From the NCBI RefSeq assembly GCF_009914755.1, contig NC_060938.1: a stretch of DNA of 64,000 nucleotides; one strand, 5' to 3'. Positions within the stretch are counted from its first letter, which is position 1; each line of letters begins with the position of its first letter. The position numbers and the translations under genes are program-made. The notes beneath the pieces are model-generated. The model was not told the DNA's origin. It was given only the letters and a program-made list of their open reading frames with translations, and ran no database searches. The DNA is from the human T2T-CHM13v2.0 reference genome, Homo sapiens. Positions 1 to 13,000 of the stretch are shown here, one piece after another.

Positions 1-2169
1 CCTTTCAATTTTTCTCTTAAGAAATAGATATGTACAGGCGTTTGCAATTTTGTTGACTTGTATATTTCCCCCATAGCTCATGAGGCCTGTTCAAATACAA
101 ACTTGGCTTTCATACAAAGCCCTTGATTTGTAGATAATACAGTCCTAAAAGGTGCTATGTGGAACTCTCTTTAGCAACATTTCTTAAAGCTTAAGATCTT
201 CTCATTCAGACACTGGCATTAGAACTGAATCGTATTTTTGGCTAAAGAAAATAGCATAAGCCACTACAGGATTTTCTTTTCATTTTTGCAAAGGATTCAT
301 CAACTTGTCATAGAAGCAGCAGGGCTGACTCCTCTACCATTCCTTCTCTACTAACTGACACTGATGCTTGTATTTATAAGAAAGCTAAGTTCTAAAGGCC
401 AAAAGAAAACCAAACACCCTGTTGTAAATAGCCGAGAGACAGATTTCATAATATGTGTACAAATATTAATGTTTTAGCATAAGCAATACAAACATCTTGA
501 ATGAGTTTTGCATCTTTATACTGCAAAGCGGTATCCTCTCTGAAATAAAACTCAAGCAAAATATTTAACTAAAACGATCACTTGCAGCATGTGGGAGGTA
601 AGGTTTAAATGGCAATTTCTTTCTAAAAGACATAGCCAGAGTCTAGAGTTAGTGTCACTTATACCTGACCTCAGAATATGCATATGGAGGTAAATATTCC
701 TATTAATTCAAACGCACTGGTACCTGCCATGGCCTTACTTTATTTGATGTATTCTTTTTACAGTGGGGTCCCCACTGTATCATCCAGCTCGCCCAGACAG
801 CAATGACTTTGTTGATGCAGTATTCTCAGGAGCTGCTTACCTCACCCAATCTTCTTTATGTATAGAATCTGAAATTGAAATTGCAGTTGTCTACCTAGTT
901 TAAGTACCCTTAGCTACCCTTACCTTCTTTTTCAACTTATAAAGCACTTATCCAGAATGATTGAATCCCTATCCCCAAAACAACCTATATATAATCTAAT
1001 GATCAGTTATGTATAAATGCAAAGATACATGTCATATGGCTATAGTTTTATATCTTTATCCTTATTCTTGAAATTCTCACCCATGACAATTTGTTCTATT
1101 TGTGCTAAGGATCTTTACTGGTCCTCTATTAAAATGCAAATACTTTAACAGACTTTCTGGGACTTTCAGCCAGGGATTGGCTTTACTGTCCTTACTATAA
1201 ATGTGTTTACCTGAGTAGTAACTGCAGAGGTAGCTGAGATTTAAGTCGATATGGAATATGACATCAGCAGTTTCTGATAAGCTGACAGGACAGAGTGTGG
1301 GAAAATAGTCTTAAAGCAAGGGGATGACCAGAGGAGGTGAGGAGACAGTCTTTCGTGGATTCTCATGTAGTTAGAAGAATAGCGTGAAGGCCTTGAGTAC
1401 TCAATGTAGGAAGAAAAAGAGTAGCCTGGAAGAAGAAAGAAGCTCTAAAAAGTGAGTAGGAATATCCAGCCATCGGTTTACTTCTTCATAGTCTTAGAAG
1501 TGACATTTTTGTTCCATAAGTGATTCTACCTCAGTACATGTTTCAGAAGGTGCTTGGCCTATGTGCTGTCTATATCTGACATATGATAGTGTTAAAACAG
1601 ATAACACAAAAAGTTGCTTTCTACTCAAACATTCCATGAACTCACTCCCCAGTGAGGAAGATGGAGGCAAAAGCGAAATCTCCTTCATTTGTCCATAAGA
1701 ACATTGATTTGTTTATGCCACAGATACATAAATAGCAAGGCAAAACCTCCACAATGGAATTCATGCAATTTTCATGGAAACTAGAGTGTGACAGCCAAGG
1801 CTGGAAAACTGACATTGGAATAATATCATTCTTATAAGCCATCACCCTGATTAAAATGGAAAGTTGCCAGGGGCTTGAAAGGGGTTTCAGATGAATGGTT
1901 TCATTTGTTTTGAGGATATTTGCAAACCCTAGATTCAATCATGTACTCATACATTAAAGGACCTGGTGAAAACAAAGACACTCTTGAGATACTCTGAATG
2001 AGAAAAAAAAAGAAAAGTCAAAGCTTGACCAGAACACTTTCAAAATACTTCCACTAAAAGTACCCAAATGTGGACTCATATTTCTTATCATTTGAATAAC
2101 TCAAATCCATTTAGTTGCAAGTTTACTGTTTCCCCTTGCTGCCATAGTCATTTTCAGAAAGTATATTAA

Positions 2170-2690
2170 ATACCCCCACAACCTTCCATAACTCCTTATA
2201 GCCTTTTTCTGATGTTTAAGATCCTCCAAATCTTAGTCCCAATTACTCATATAATGTTACTTTTTCCCACATGTAGATATCTACTGATTGAAACAAATTT
2301 TACATTTATAAATACATGAACATGCTGGGTCATTTTGCTTTTGTTATTGTTGGAATAACAACCTTTCTCCTACTTCCTACAATAGATATTCAACTCATCC
2401 CTCGAGATTCATCTATCCTAATCTCCCCAGTCACCAGCTTAACCTTTTTCTCCTTTAATTCACTCCACCACCATCTCAAAGCACTTAATATTTAATACTT
2501 TTTATGACACTTTTAATATTGTGCCTAAAATCTGGGGGTTTCTTTTCTTATTATTTTTTACTTTTAGAGAATGAGGTACTTATCTAAGTTTCCCTTCTGG
2601 ATTGTTTCTATTTCAAGGCAGGAACTAGGTTTCACTCACCTTTAGAACCTTTAGGTATCTCTCACATTTCTGTTGAATTAAATGTTAATG
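2170..2690 (+). mobile_element. Degenerate L2 LINE 3' fragments
   Basis: L2-like tail motifs (aaggcaggaact...ttcactcacc, ttctgttgaattaaatg). Highly diverged, boundaries approximate. Confidence 0.4.
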
Positions 2691-4269
2691 TTGACTTTCC
2701 TAGACTTTTAAAGGCATTCCCAGATATAACTGAATTTTGGAATTGTGGAAAGAACATAACAAAAGCTAAGGCATGCTGGTTAGTTGAATAATTCAGCCTC
2801 TTGTGTAGAAACGTGCCTAAGATTACTGTCCAAATTATCTGTCGTGTTCTTAATACAAGGAACCACTCAATAGGTTTCTGTTTGACTTCTATAGCCAGAA
2901 AAAAATTTCCTGCTGGTGTATCTGTTCACTCATTTTTTTTTTCCTTAATGTTGTGAGCACTCACTATGTACTAAGATTAACAAGGGAAAAATAAGAGAAA
3001 GTCATACATTTTGGTGTATATTCATCTTAACAGCCTTTCCAAAATGGTTTGTTCTACTTAAATCCAATACCTGAAAACATCTATTCCCCCCATTATTTTT
3101 CATCCTCACATGTCATATTTTGCACTGTTTAAATCTGTAAGTTGCTACAGATCCCTTTGGACGTAGGCGAAGGATGCATAGTGAATATTAATGACTACAT
3201 CTGCTAATACTCATCATCCAAATGCCTCAAAAGTTCCACAGATCATATCAACACCTACAGAAAGCACTCTGAGATACACGCTGCTCCATTTGAAAACGGA
3301 GTGATGTGTAAGATAATCTCATCAAGTTTCTTTCTTTTTGGCTGCTGTGAAACATGAAGATTTTGGGCACTGAGCACGTTTTGCCATTAAGGATCTCACA
3401 GCACAAATTGTCCACAACGAGATGCTCATAACCCAGACACCTTGGCCTAACTCCAAAGAAAGTAATTACATTCAGTCTACCTGAAATTCCCACTGCAGTG
3501 AGAATTGGAATCAGGTCTGTCACCTGCTTAGTTGAACTATTATGCAGCATCATTGTACAGCAATAAAACAGCTGCTCTATCTGACTTATTTCTACTTTCT
3601 CCCAGTTTGGGCAACTAAAATGGCTCTGTACAAAATTCTTTCAGTAAGAACTTGGACAGATAAGACCTAGAGATTACTTCATCTTTCTCTAAGACCCAGG
3701 AATTCTGATGTTAAGAAAATTTATTTATGGGGCTATATAAGCTCAGCATTACAAAGAGCCAAGTTGCTACATGGTATAGACATGTTTAAAATTACCATTT
3801 TTCATTTTTCATTATTATTGTCAGCAAAAAGAAAAGTCAGTGGCAAGTCCTACAAAGACTCTCTAGTTTCTTCAATGACAACAACAACAATATCAACAAT
3901 TTATACAGTTAGGATGAAGCACGTCTTTTATTTTTATTTTGTTTTACTAATAACGCTAAACTCATGAGAAATTATGATGCCTATTACAAGTAGTTCTTAA
4001 TACATCATAGTTTTTTTCCTCTTCTTTGCAGGTCAGAATATATTTATTAATTCCTAATCCTAGAATTAGAAACGTTTTATATACTTTTACTGAGTGTCAT
4101 TCATTATCGGATAACATGGTAAACTGCTATAGGAGAAACTCTTAACACCTGTTTTTGCAGGCAGATATTTATTTTCTTTTTTATGAGCTACAAACAAAAA
4201 TGGCCAAGTCTTTGACTGGGCTATCAATGTAAGATCAAAGTGAAGCAACATCTCTCAAAAGGAATAGCT

Positions 4270-4505
4270 AATTATCACTAGCACTTATTGGTGACCTCAC
4301 TGTGTGTCAGGCTCTATGTTAAAGAAATGACTGTGTGTTCTCATTTAATTGTCACAGTAATCCTATAAAGTAAGTGGTTTTAGTCTTCTTAGGTTAACTA
4401 TGAGGAGAACTAGGCTTTTAAAAGTAAATAACTTGCCTAGTATCACAGACAGAAAGTGGCAGAATCAGAATATAAAAGTCAATCAGCCTGACCCTCAGTC
4501 TATAA
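4270..4505 (-). mobile_element. MIR SINE
   Basis: MIR core motifs ctcatttaattgtcacagtaatcctat and aaataacttgcctagtatcacag...aagtggcaga. Confidence 0.65.
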
Positions 4506-5332
4506 TATAGATATTGTGGAAATGTTAAATGTTGAAATATCTTAGAATTTTTAAAAAATGAAATACTATGACAGAAACTAAGAAAAACTCTCGAGTCCTT
4601 TGTAAAAAAAAAGGCATTAATTTTCAATCTATTTTTAAATAGTCAAAATAACTAGTTATTTAAATAAAACAATGATAATAATAAAGTTCAAAGGCACTTG
4701 AGCAACTTTGCTTTAGAACATGGCTTGATAGAACAGCTTATTTTAAGTAGGACATTCAGATAAGTGTTATTATTTTTGTGCTGGGGTCTGAGCAAAACAA
4801 AAAAAGACCGGAATCTGCTAAAACACAATCCTTCTAGGGAATGTTTCTTTATTACCATAAAACAATTAGTAATACTTGGCATAATGCAATGAGAAAACCA
4901 ACAGCACCTGCTCATCCAAAAAAGGTTCATTAAGGTTCACTTTTCTCTACTGAGACATGAATATGACTGAGCAAATACAGTCCCTTTTGTTTGACCCCTG
5001 TTGAAAGTCTAATTTGTATTTTGTTTTGGCTTTCCCTCCAACTTTTTTGTGTTGTTGTTGATACCTTTCTTCTCCAGAAAATCCATTAAATAGAATGATT
5101 TGCTTCTTGTGTATCTCGCTTAATTTAGGGTTTGCCATGTTACTCAGTAAAAGACAATGGGGCACTAAGAGAATGGGATACTAATCCCATACAGGGATTT
5201 TGGAGCACACTTCCTTCTGGCAAGAGGCCTGGGTGGGGAAGAAGTTTTCTTGAATGAATGGTGTTTCTTTAATCTTCTATGTCAGGTATGCCATAATCTC
5301 TCACAGATATTTGTAATTACTCAAAAGTAGCT

Positions 5333-5345
5333 ACCACGCCCGGCC
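5333..5345 (-). mobile_element. 13-bp remnant of an Alu 5' end (accacgcccggcc) between direct repeats
   Basis: Reverse complement is GGCCGGGCGTGGT, the Alu start. Flanked by aaaagtagct at 5323-5332 and 5346-5355. Confidence 0.55.
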
Positions 5346-5368
5346 AAAAGTAGCTCTACTTTTTAGGG

Positions 5369-5550
5369 TAGTGGCTTTATAAAGTTTGACACACATCAGA
5401 ATCACCTGAAGTGCTTGTTAAAACGGATTCTTAGGACCCACCCCACAATTTCTGATCAGGACTCTAGAGTGAGGCCAAGGGTTTGTATGCCTAACATGTT
5501 CCCATGTTACTGATGTTGCTGGTCTGGTAACCATATTTTGTGAGACACTT
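5369..5550. mobile_element. MER5A-type hAT-Charlie DNA transposon fossil
   Basis: catcagaatcacctg...cttgttaaaac...ccccac...tttctga...ctgatgttgctggtc...gagacact matches the MER5A layout. Confidence 0.75.
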
Positions 5551-5754
5551 TTCCAAGTTATATGGAGGCATTCTTTTGCCATGCTGACATTTTTGAAATC
5601 TGTAATAGTTTTTATTTTCCTCTTACCGCACCTTCTCTTGTTGTGTTACATCTTCCAGAAATTCCAACCATGCACCTCCCACAGTATTGTTCACATTCTA
5701 CAGCTCACAATCATGGATGACTTGCCCAAATCTATGCACCTGTCCGAATATCTG

Positions 5755-6110
5755 CTAATAAAGAGATTTCCCTGGGATTTTTTTTTCTAATGGAGGGCAG
5801 AAAAGTGCAACTCTTTCTTTTTCTGGTGCAAGAGTCTCAAGGTATAAAATGTAGGAGCTCTTGGTATCTATATTTCCTTCACATGATGAAGTTTAGTCTG
5901 TAGAGCAGAAGATTAAGGAGCATGCAGTGAGAAGTAGAGGTGAGAGGCTGAAGAAGGATATTAAAGCATTGAGTTCTAGCTGTTCTCGATGTATGGCTAC
6001 TCCTGCCCTTCCTGTTGTTGGGGTAAATGAAGTACTCTAGTGAAGTACCCTGCTAAACAATTTTTTTTTTTCTGAGCCAGCCAGAGTTGGCTTTTTTGTT
6101 ACTACTGAAA
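5755..6110 (+). mobile_element. Old MLT1 (ERVL-MaLR) LTR fragment
   Basis: 3' end gagccagccagagttggcttttttgttact resembles MLT1I/J/K termini. Confidence 0.45.
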
Positions 6111-6497
6111 ATGTAACAGCCCTTTTGTCTGCACTTAATGTATACACCATTGATTTCTCCTAATGAGTTAAAACCATGTAAAATCAAGTAGCAAATCACC
6201 AAGATTTAGTGTTTAATTAAACTGACTTATGGAAACACATCCCAGATTACTTGACTCAGAAATCATGTTCCTAACAATGGGACTTAAGAGAAACAAACTC
6301 TCTTGCCCATGTATGGATTGTCCAAGGTCACCACTGCTATACAGACATTGAGACCCCATGTCTTGATGGCTCCCTAAAGCCAGACCTCTAGGGACCATAA
6401 GGACTATTCCAGAAAGAAGATATTCATGTTCTGCAACAGCCAAGACCACATACATATATGGCTCCTGGAACTCAGCTTGCTTTTCACTTTGAGGCTT

Positions 6498-7839
<1,342 letters not shown>

Positions 7840-8599
7840 TTTGAACTCACTATTCACTGAAGAAATGATTCTCTGCCCTTTTCAAATGGGAAACATGACC
7901 TTTCAAAATGGAAGCTTATTAAGTAAACCTGTTGGTCTTGATTTCAGGAAAATAAGCTATGAATAAATATATCCTTTCACCAAAAAAACCTTAGTAAATC
8001 TTTGTAACTATACACTCCTAGCACGTTATCAGTCTGTGCCCACATTATTTTCAGTACTTTTTTTTCCATATTGAAGACCAAACTTCACAAATGTAGTCTT
8101 TTTTCCCCCACACTTATCTGTCACGTCTGAAAAACTGTTTATCTAGACTTGTCAATGCTAAACTGTGTAGAAGCTGAAGATGTTGACGTATTTTCTGAAC
8201 TCTTACTAATTGCCTCCATTTTTATTAGCAATTTACCTTAACATATAAATGGCTAATAATATTTTACTCCCCTGGTAGTATTTGCTTTTGTAATAAAGGC
8301 TCTTACGAACATAAAACCTTTCTCTCAAGGGAGTTTCTATTGCTGGAATTTATAAATCAATAATTGACCCAAACTGAATCAGTGCTCATTTGGAATAACA
8401 TTGTGTTAAGAGATTTGTTGCATTGCATTAAATGATCTGGTCATCATTTAATCAGATATAACAGGTCCTCTCAAGGATAACAAAGTACAGAGTCAGCATT
8501 CACCAAGTATTTGTTAAAGGAATAAAAATATGCCAGTGTGACCATCTTGAAGACAGTTGCTTTTGAAAAATATTCAGATACGTTTAGCCACAGCTATCC

Positions 8600-8990
8600 A
8601 TCCCATCTAGATTAACATAGAGTAGTGACTTTACATTTCAACCAGCAACTCCTCCTAATGTTCTTTCTCATAATTCAATTTCCAAGAATGCCACCATCAC
8701 TCTTCCAGTTATCCATGCATGAAACCTGGGAGTCTTTCCTTTAATTCATCATCTTCAAGGAAAACAAATCTCCTAGTCTTATAAATGTCTTACAGTAACC
8801 CCTCTGCTGCTACTATCCTGGTTCTGGTCACACTAACTTCAGCCTGAACCTCCTACCTAGGAGTATTCTCCTGTTTGTCCACTATTTAATCCATAGTGTC
8901 ATTTTCACAATGCTAATATTACTGAAGTATAATTTGATCATGCTATTAACATAATGAAAAATACCAATGTCTCTTACCTAACTACTGAAA
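8600..8990 (+). mobile_element. L2 LINE fragment
   Basis: aatgccaccatcac...ccagttatccatgcatgaaacctgggagtc and ctgctactatcctggttc are typical of the L2 ORF2/3' region. Confidence 0.55.
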
Positions 8991-9689
8991 AAAATGATGC
9001 ATATAAAATAAGGATCATTCTCAAAGTATTTTCAATAGTAATTTCAATTAAAATGGTATTATTTGCAACAATTCTAATCAAAAGTCATTTCTAACGTTAG
9101 AACCTGGTTGTTTTTCTAGTGTCTACCATGGATTTCATTCTTCTCCTATAGTACTTTTGTTACCCAACTCTGGGAATTTGTAGGAGAAAATGGCACCATG
9201 TGGTACATATTGATCTACAGGGAACAATAAACTGGGGGTAATGGAACCAAACTCCCAAGATAATTTTCTTTTTTTGTAAATGCAAAACTCCACAGCTGCT
9301 AATCTAATGAATTAGCCCAGCATGGAGTCTTAATTTTTCCATGCTTTTCCCCTTCTTGAAAAATGCTATTTATATTCATTTAAGAAATCACATTGTAAAA
9401 AGGAAACATCATGTGAAATTAATTGTGACAAAACCTAACTATGAAAATAAATATTTGTAAAAATAAATAAAGCTTCTGGAAGATTTTTAACAAATAGTTA
9501 TCTCAAAACTTGAGCTGTAGAGCTTGGCACTATGTTAGGCATCCCAACACCAAGTTTATTCCTCCACCTTGCTCAGTTTCCACTGCTACTCTGAGAAAGG
9601 CACAGCCCTGGGGATTTCAGCATCTGGAAGGTTCCAGACTTCTAAAGTAAGCTGCTGAACATGCACTCAAGGCACCCACCAGAGGTAAT

Positions 9690-10445
9690 TTTCAGAGACA
9701 ATGGAGTGTTATCTTCTAGAAAAATATCTGTGCATTATATCAAGTTCTCTGTATAGTATTATATACCCAGTAGATAAACTAAATGGGTCCAAGAGCCAAT
9801 GTGTGGTAGCACGTGTGGTGGTCCCTTTTATAGTTACTTCAAATGATCCATTGAAAAACTATTTTTTTCATCTCTTTGTCTTAAGGTCTCTGGTCACTGA
9901 ATGCAGTATGCTTTCCTAGGGTCCCATTGAATTAAAGGTATTGCTAACATCGGGGCTCTTTAGGATCCTTGAATCCAGAAACCAGCAGGCAAGAAGTAGA
10001 GTAGCCATCTTGGCAAGGACAATTTACCCAGATCATCAGGAAGAGTAATCCTGCTGTTACACAGTGGAAACCAGGTGGTCCACTTGAGTGCATCTTGGTA
10101 ATTACTTGCCCAATCACTGCTTTAGTTGGTCAGGTACAGGCCTCAGAAGGATATGGTGACAAGGGTTTTAGTACCCTCAGGGTCAAGAATTTGGGTAGTG
10201 CCACCAGGGATACCACCAAGTTTAGCAGAAATAATAGCTAAAGGTGAGAGAATATAGAATGGATAGTGGAGGAGAAGAGTGATAAGCATTATTTTTAGAC
10301 TCAAGACCTGTTGCAGTGACGGAGGCCTGCCTTCCTAGCGTAACTGTTGTAAGTTTACTCTCAAGAGGAGAGGCTACTAGAGTCCTGGAAGAGCTACTCC
10401 CAAGACATATTAAGAAGTGGACCTAGGCAGTGCAATGGATGAATA
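9690..10445 (+). mobile_element. ERVL-class internal sequence (ERV3-16A3/MLT-int-like), 3' part
   Basis: gtcccattgaattaaag...ccagcaggcaagaag...ccatcttggca...ccagatcatcagg resembles the ERVL 3' internal region and runs directly into an LTR. Confidence 0.5.
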
Positions 10446-10825
10446 TTAGCAGATATGGAGATATGTTACCTAGATTCCCCTTCAAAGAATGAATTGCCAC
10501 TCGACTGTGAGCAGTTAGTCACCTCCCATATTGTCTGCTTCAGCTTCAAAGAGCTTCCTTGTGAAAAGTTACAACCTTCCCTTGAAGCCCATATTTGGTG
10601 ACTGAATGAGGCATCAGCATAAAATTTTGGCCATCTTGACACAATGTTCAACAACTTTAATGGATTTTCTTTAGAGTGCTCTATTTTGTTGGGTAAGGAT
10701 TTGTCAGAATGCATTTCAGTTCAACTTCTCTCTCTGTCCGATAATGGTTCTCCCCCTTCCTTTACAGATGTTGATTCATAATAAATACCTTATATCTAAC
10801 CCCTAACCTGAGATAACTTTCAAAC
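10446..10825 (+). mobile_element. LTR16-family (ERVL) LTR
   Basis: cctagattccccttca start, ttcaacttctctctctgtcc...ttcctttacagatgttgat..taataaa end motifs. Confidence 0.6.
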
Positions 10826-10965
10826 GATTTGCAAAGACTTGAAGCTGAATTTCTGAGAATATATTGGAACATACGTTCCCCCAGTAGACAGACCTGGATC
10901 TACTTGATCTGGAGGGTCTTTCTTGATCTGGAGAACCTGAGCTTGAATCCTAATTCCACTACCCT

Positions 10966-11180
10966 TAATGATTCTCAATCAGGGACAATTTTGCCCCTCA
11001 GTAGACATTTTTCAATGTTTGCAAGCATTTTGAGCTATTAAAAATGAAGCAGGGTGCTACTGGCATCTAGTAGGTATAGGCAAGGAATACTGGTAAACAT
11101 CTTACAATGCACAGGACAGCACCCACAACAGTGAAGTCCTGCTCAAAATGTCAATAGTGTCAAGGTTGAGAACTCTTGTC
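10966..11180. mobile_element. MER20 hAT-Charlie element
   Basis: ttctcaatcagggacaattttgcccc...gtgctactggcatctagtag...caatgcacaggacagc...aaatgtcaatagtgtcaaggttgagaa. Confidence 0.85.
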
Positions 11181-11220
11181 CTAGATGAGGAACCTTGTGG
11201 GAATTAACTACTCTTACTAA

Positions 11221-11713
11221 GTACATTATTTTTCTCTTGCTGCTATAACAAATAATCCCAAACTTGGTGGCTTAAAACAATGCAAATTTTTTCTTTTACA
11301 TTTATGGAGGCCGGAAATCTGAAATCAGGTTCATTTGGTTAAAATCAAGGTGTTGGTAGGGCTGGTTCTTTCTGCAGGGTGTAGGGGAGAATTTGTTTCA
11401 TTGCAGCTCTAGACCTCTTCCAGCTTCTAGAGGTCACCTGCATCATGGCTCTTTCCTGCATCGTTTTATCCTCTGCTTCCGTCATCACATCTCCTACTGT
11501 GTTTTTGACTCCTAGTGTGTGTTTTGTTTCCCCAATATAAGGACCCCTGTGATACATCTAACCCACCTGGATAATCTGGATAATTTCTGCATCTCGAGAT
11601 CTTTAACTTAATTACATTTGCAAAGTCCCTTTTGCCATATAAGGTAACATATTCTCAGGTTTTCAGGGATTAGGAAACTTACACCTTCAGGAGCCATTAT
11701 TCTGTCCGCCACA
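11221..11713 (-). mobile_element. MLT1B/C (MaLR) solo LTR
   Basis: ttgctgctataacaaat...ggtggcttaaaacaa...aatcaaggtgttggtagggctg...ttgcaaagtcccttttgccatataaggtaaca...attattctgtccgccaca. Confidence 0.8.
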
Positions 11714-12802
11714 CTAAACTTCCATTTTCTCATGTCCAAAGTAAAAATAATAAGAGTAACTAGAGTTATTCTCCTGGAGTTGTAACGATAAGATGAGTGA
11801 TTGTATGTATAGTCCTTAGCAGAGTGTCTGGCACATAATTATAGCTAATATTATTTATCTTTACAAATATTATTTAACTAGGCCTATGATATAAATAATG
11901 AGTTCACTATTTATATCATAGCATTTTATCCATGACCTCCAAATTTTTATCTACAGTGGCAGACACACAAAACATGCTTCCCTATTTCCAGGGTGCTTCT
12001 GGCATACTTCTGGATTTGGAGAGTAAAAGATTTCAACTGGTACATCTTATTACATGGGTGGTCGAGTTATTGAACTCTATTGACAAAGGGCTGGATTTTC
12101 CAGCAAGATGGAGCTTCATTAAAATTCTGCAGAGACTGAAAATTCAATAATCTCTCTCACAAAGAACTGCATGAGCAGGGCTGATTAGGCAATTTCTTTC
12201 TCATTCCATTTCTTTTGCTAAAAGCACTGTTACTTCTTGTTTGGTACAAAAAGACAATCATTAAATGAACATTCGTTATAGGTGATTAAGCGGAAAGTTT
12301 TAAAGGTGCTCTGACTTCTTTCTCAAAGTCTAATTGAGGGCTTGAAGGGGAGTGTGGAGAAAAATATAAAACAAAACATCATTACCATATTCTGGTCTAA
12401 AATATGAAAAGTGCGATGCTAATAAATACTTTGCAGTTTGCTTCTTTTCAACTCTTGATCTCTGTCTTGTTTACTCAAACATGCTTCCTCTCCACTATCC
12501 CATTGCCTTCGCCCTTCTACTGCCCACTCCTTTTTGTACTCTCCTACTTCTGTCTAGAAGAATACACTCATGTTGGACAGAATACACAATAGTGCCCAAT
12601 GAACCTTACATTTCCCTGATTAAACCCCCCATAATTATTGAAATCAAGAGACTTCCCAGGTATTTATCTTTCTATCCACACTTAATATCGAATACCCGAT
12701 TGCATTACTGTAGTAGCTTTAGAAAACTGAACTAGTACACGCAAGTAAAATTTTAGGATAAAGACTAAGGCATCTTTTCTTTTTATTCATGTATTACCTT
12801 TC

Positions 12803-12847
<45 letters not shown>

Positions 12848-12857
12848 GATAGATAGA
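12803..12857 (+). repeat. (TAGA)n tetranucleotide STR: (TAGA)11 TGA (TAGA)2
   Basis: Read directly from the sequence. Confidence 0.95.
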
Positions 12858-12894
12858 CCTCTCAATCTTTTTTCTGTATGGGACATGGCTTTGC

Positions 12895-13000
12895 CATGAG
12901 GGCAGAGACTTTTTTGGTCGCTTTTATTTACCGTTGTATATCAAGTACCAAGTAGAATGTCAAGTACATAGACCTGTTCAATAAATATTTGTTCAGTTAA
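12895..13000 (+). mobile_element. L2 3' end
   Basis: ccatgagggcagagact...tcaataaatatttgttcagttaatg. Confidence 0.55.

Larger units (their letters stand above)
10935..11850 (+). mobile_element. MIR split by MER20 and MLT1 insertions
   Basis: Pieces acctgagcttgaatcctaattccact / accttgtgggaattaacta / acttccattttctcatgtccaaagt...cttagcagagtgtctggcacata rejoin into one MIR. Confidence 0.55.

Noticed and set aside
10903-10933. Short direct duplications such as cttgatctggag x2 (also near 6028, 30088 and 50057)
   Set aside because: 8-12-bp slippage-type duplications are common background.
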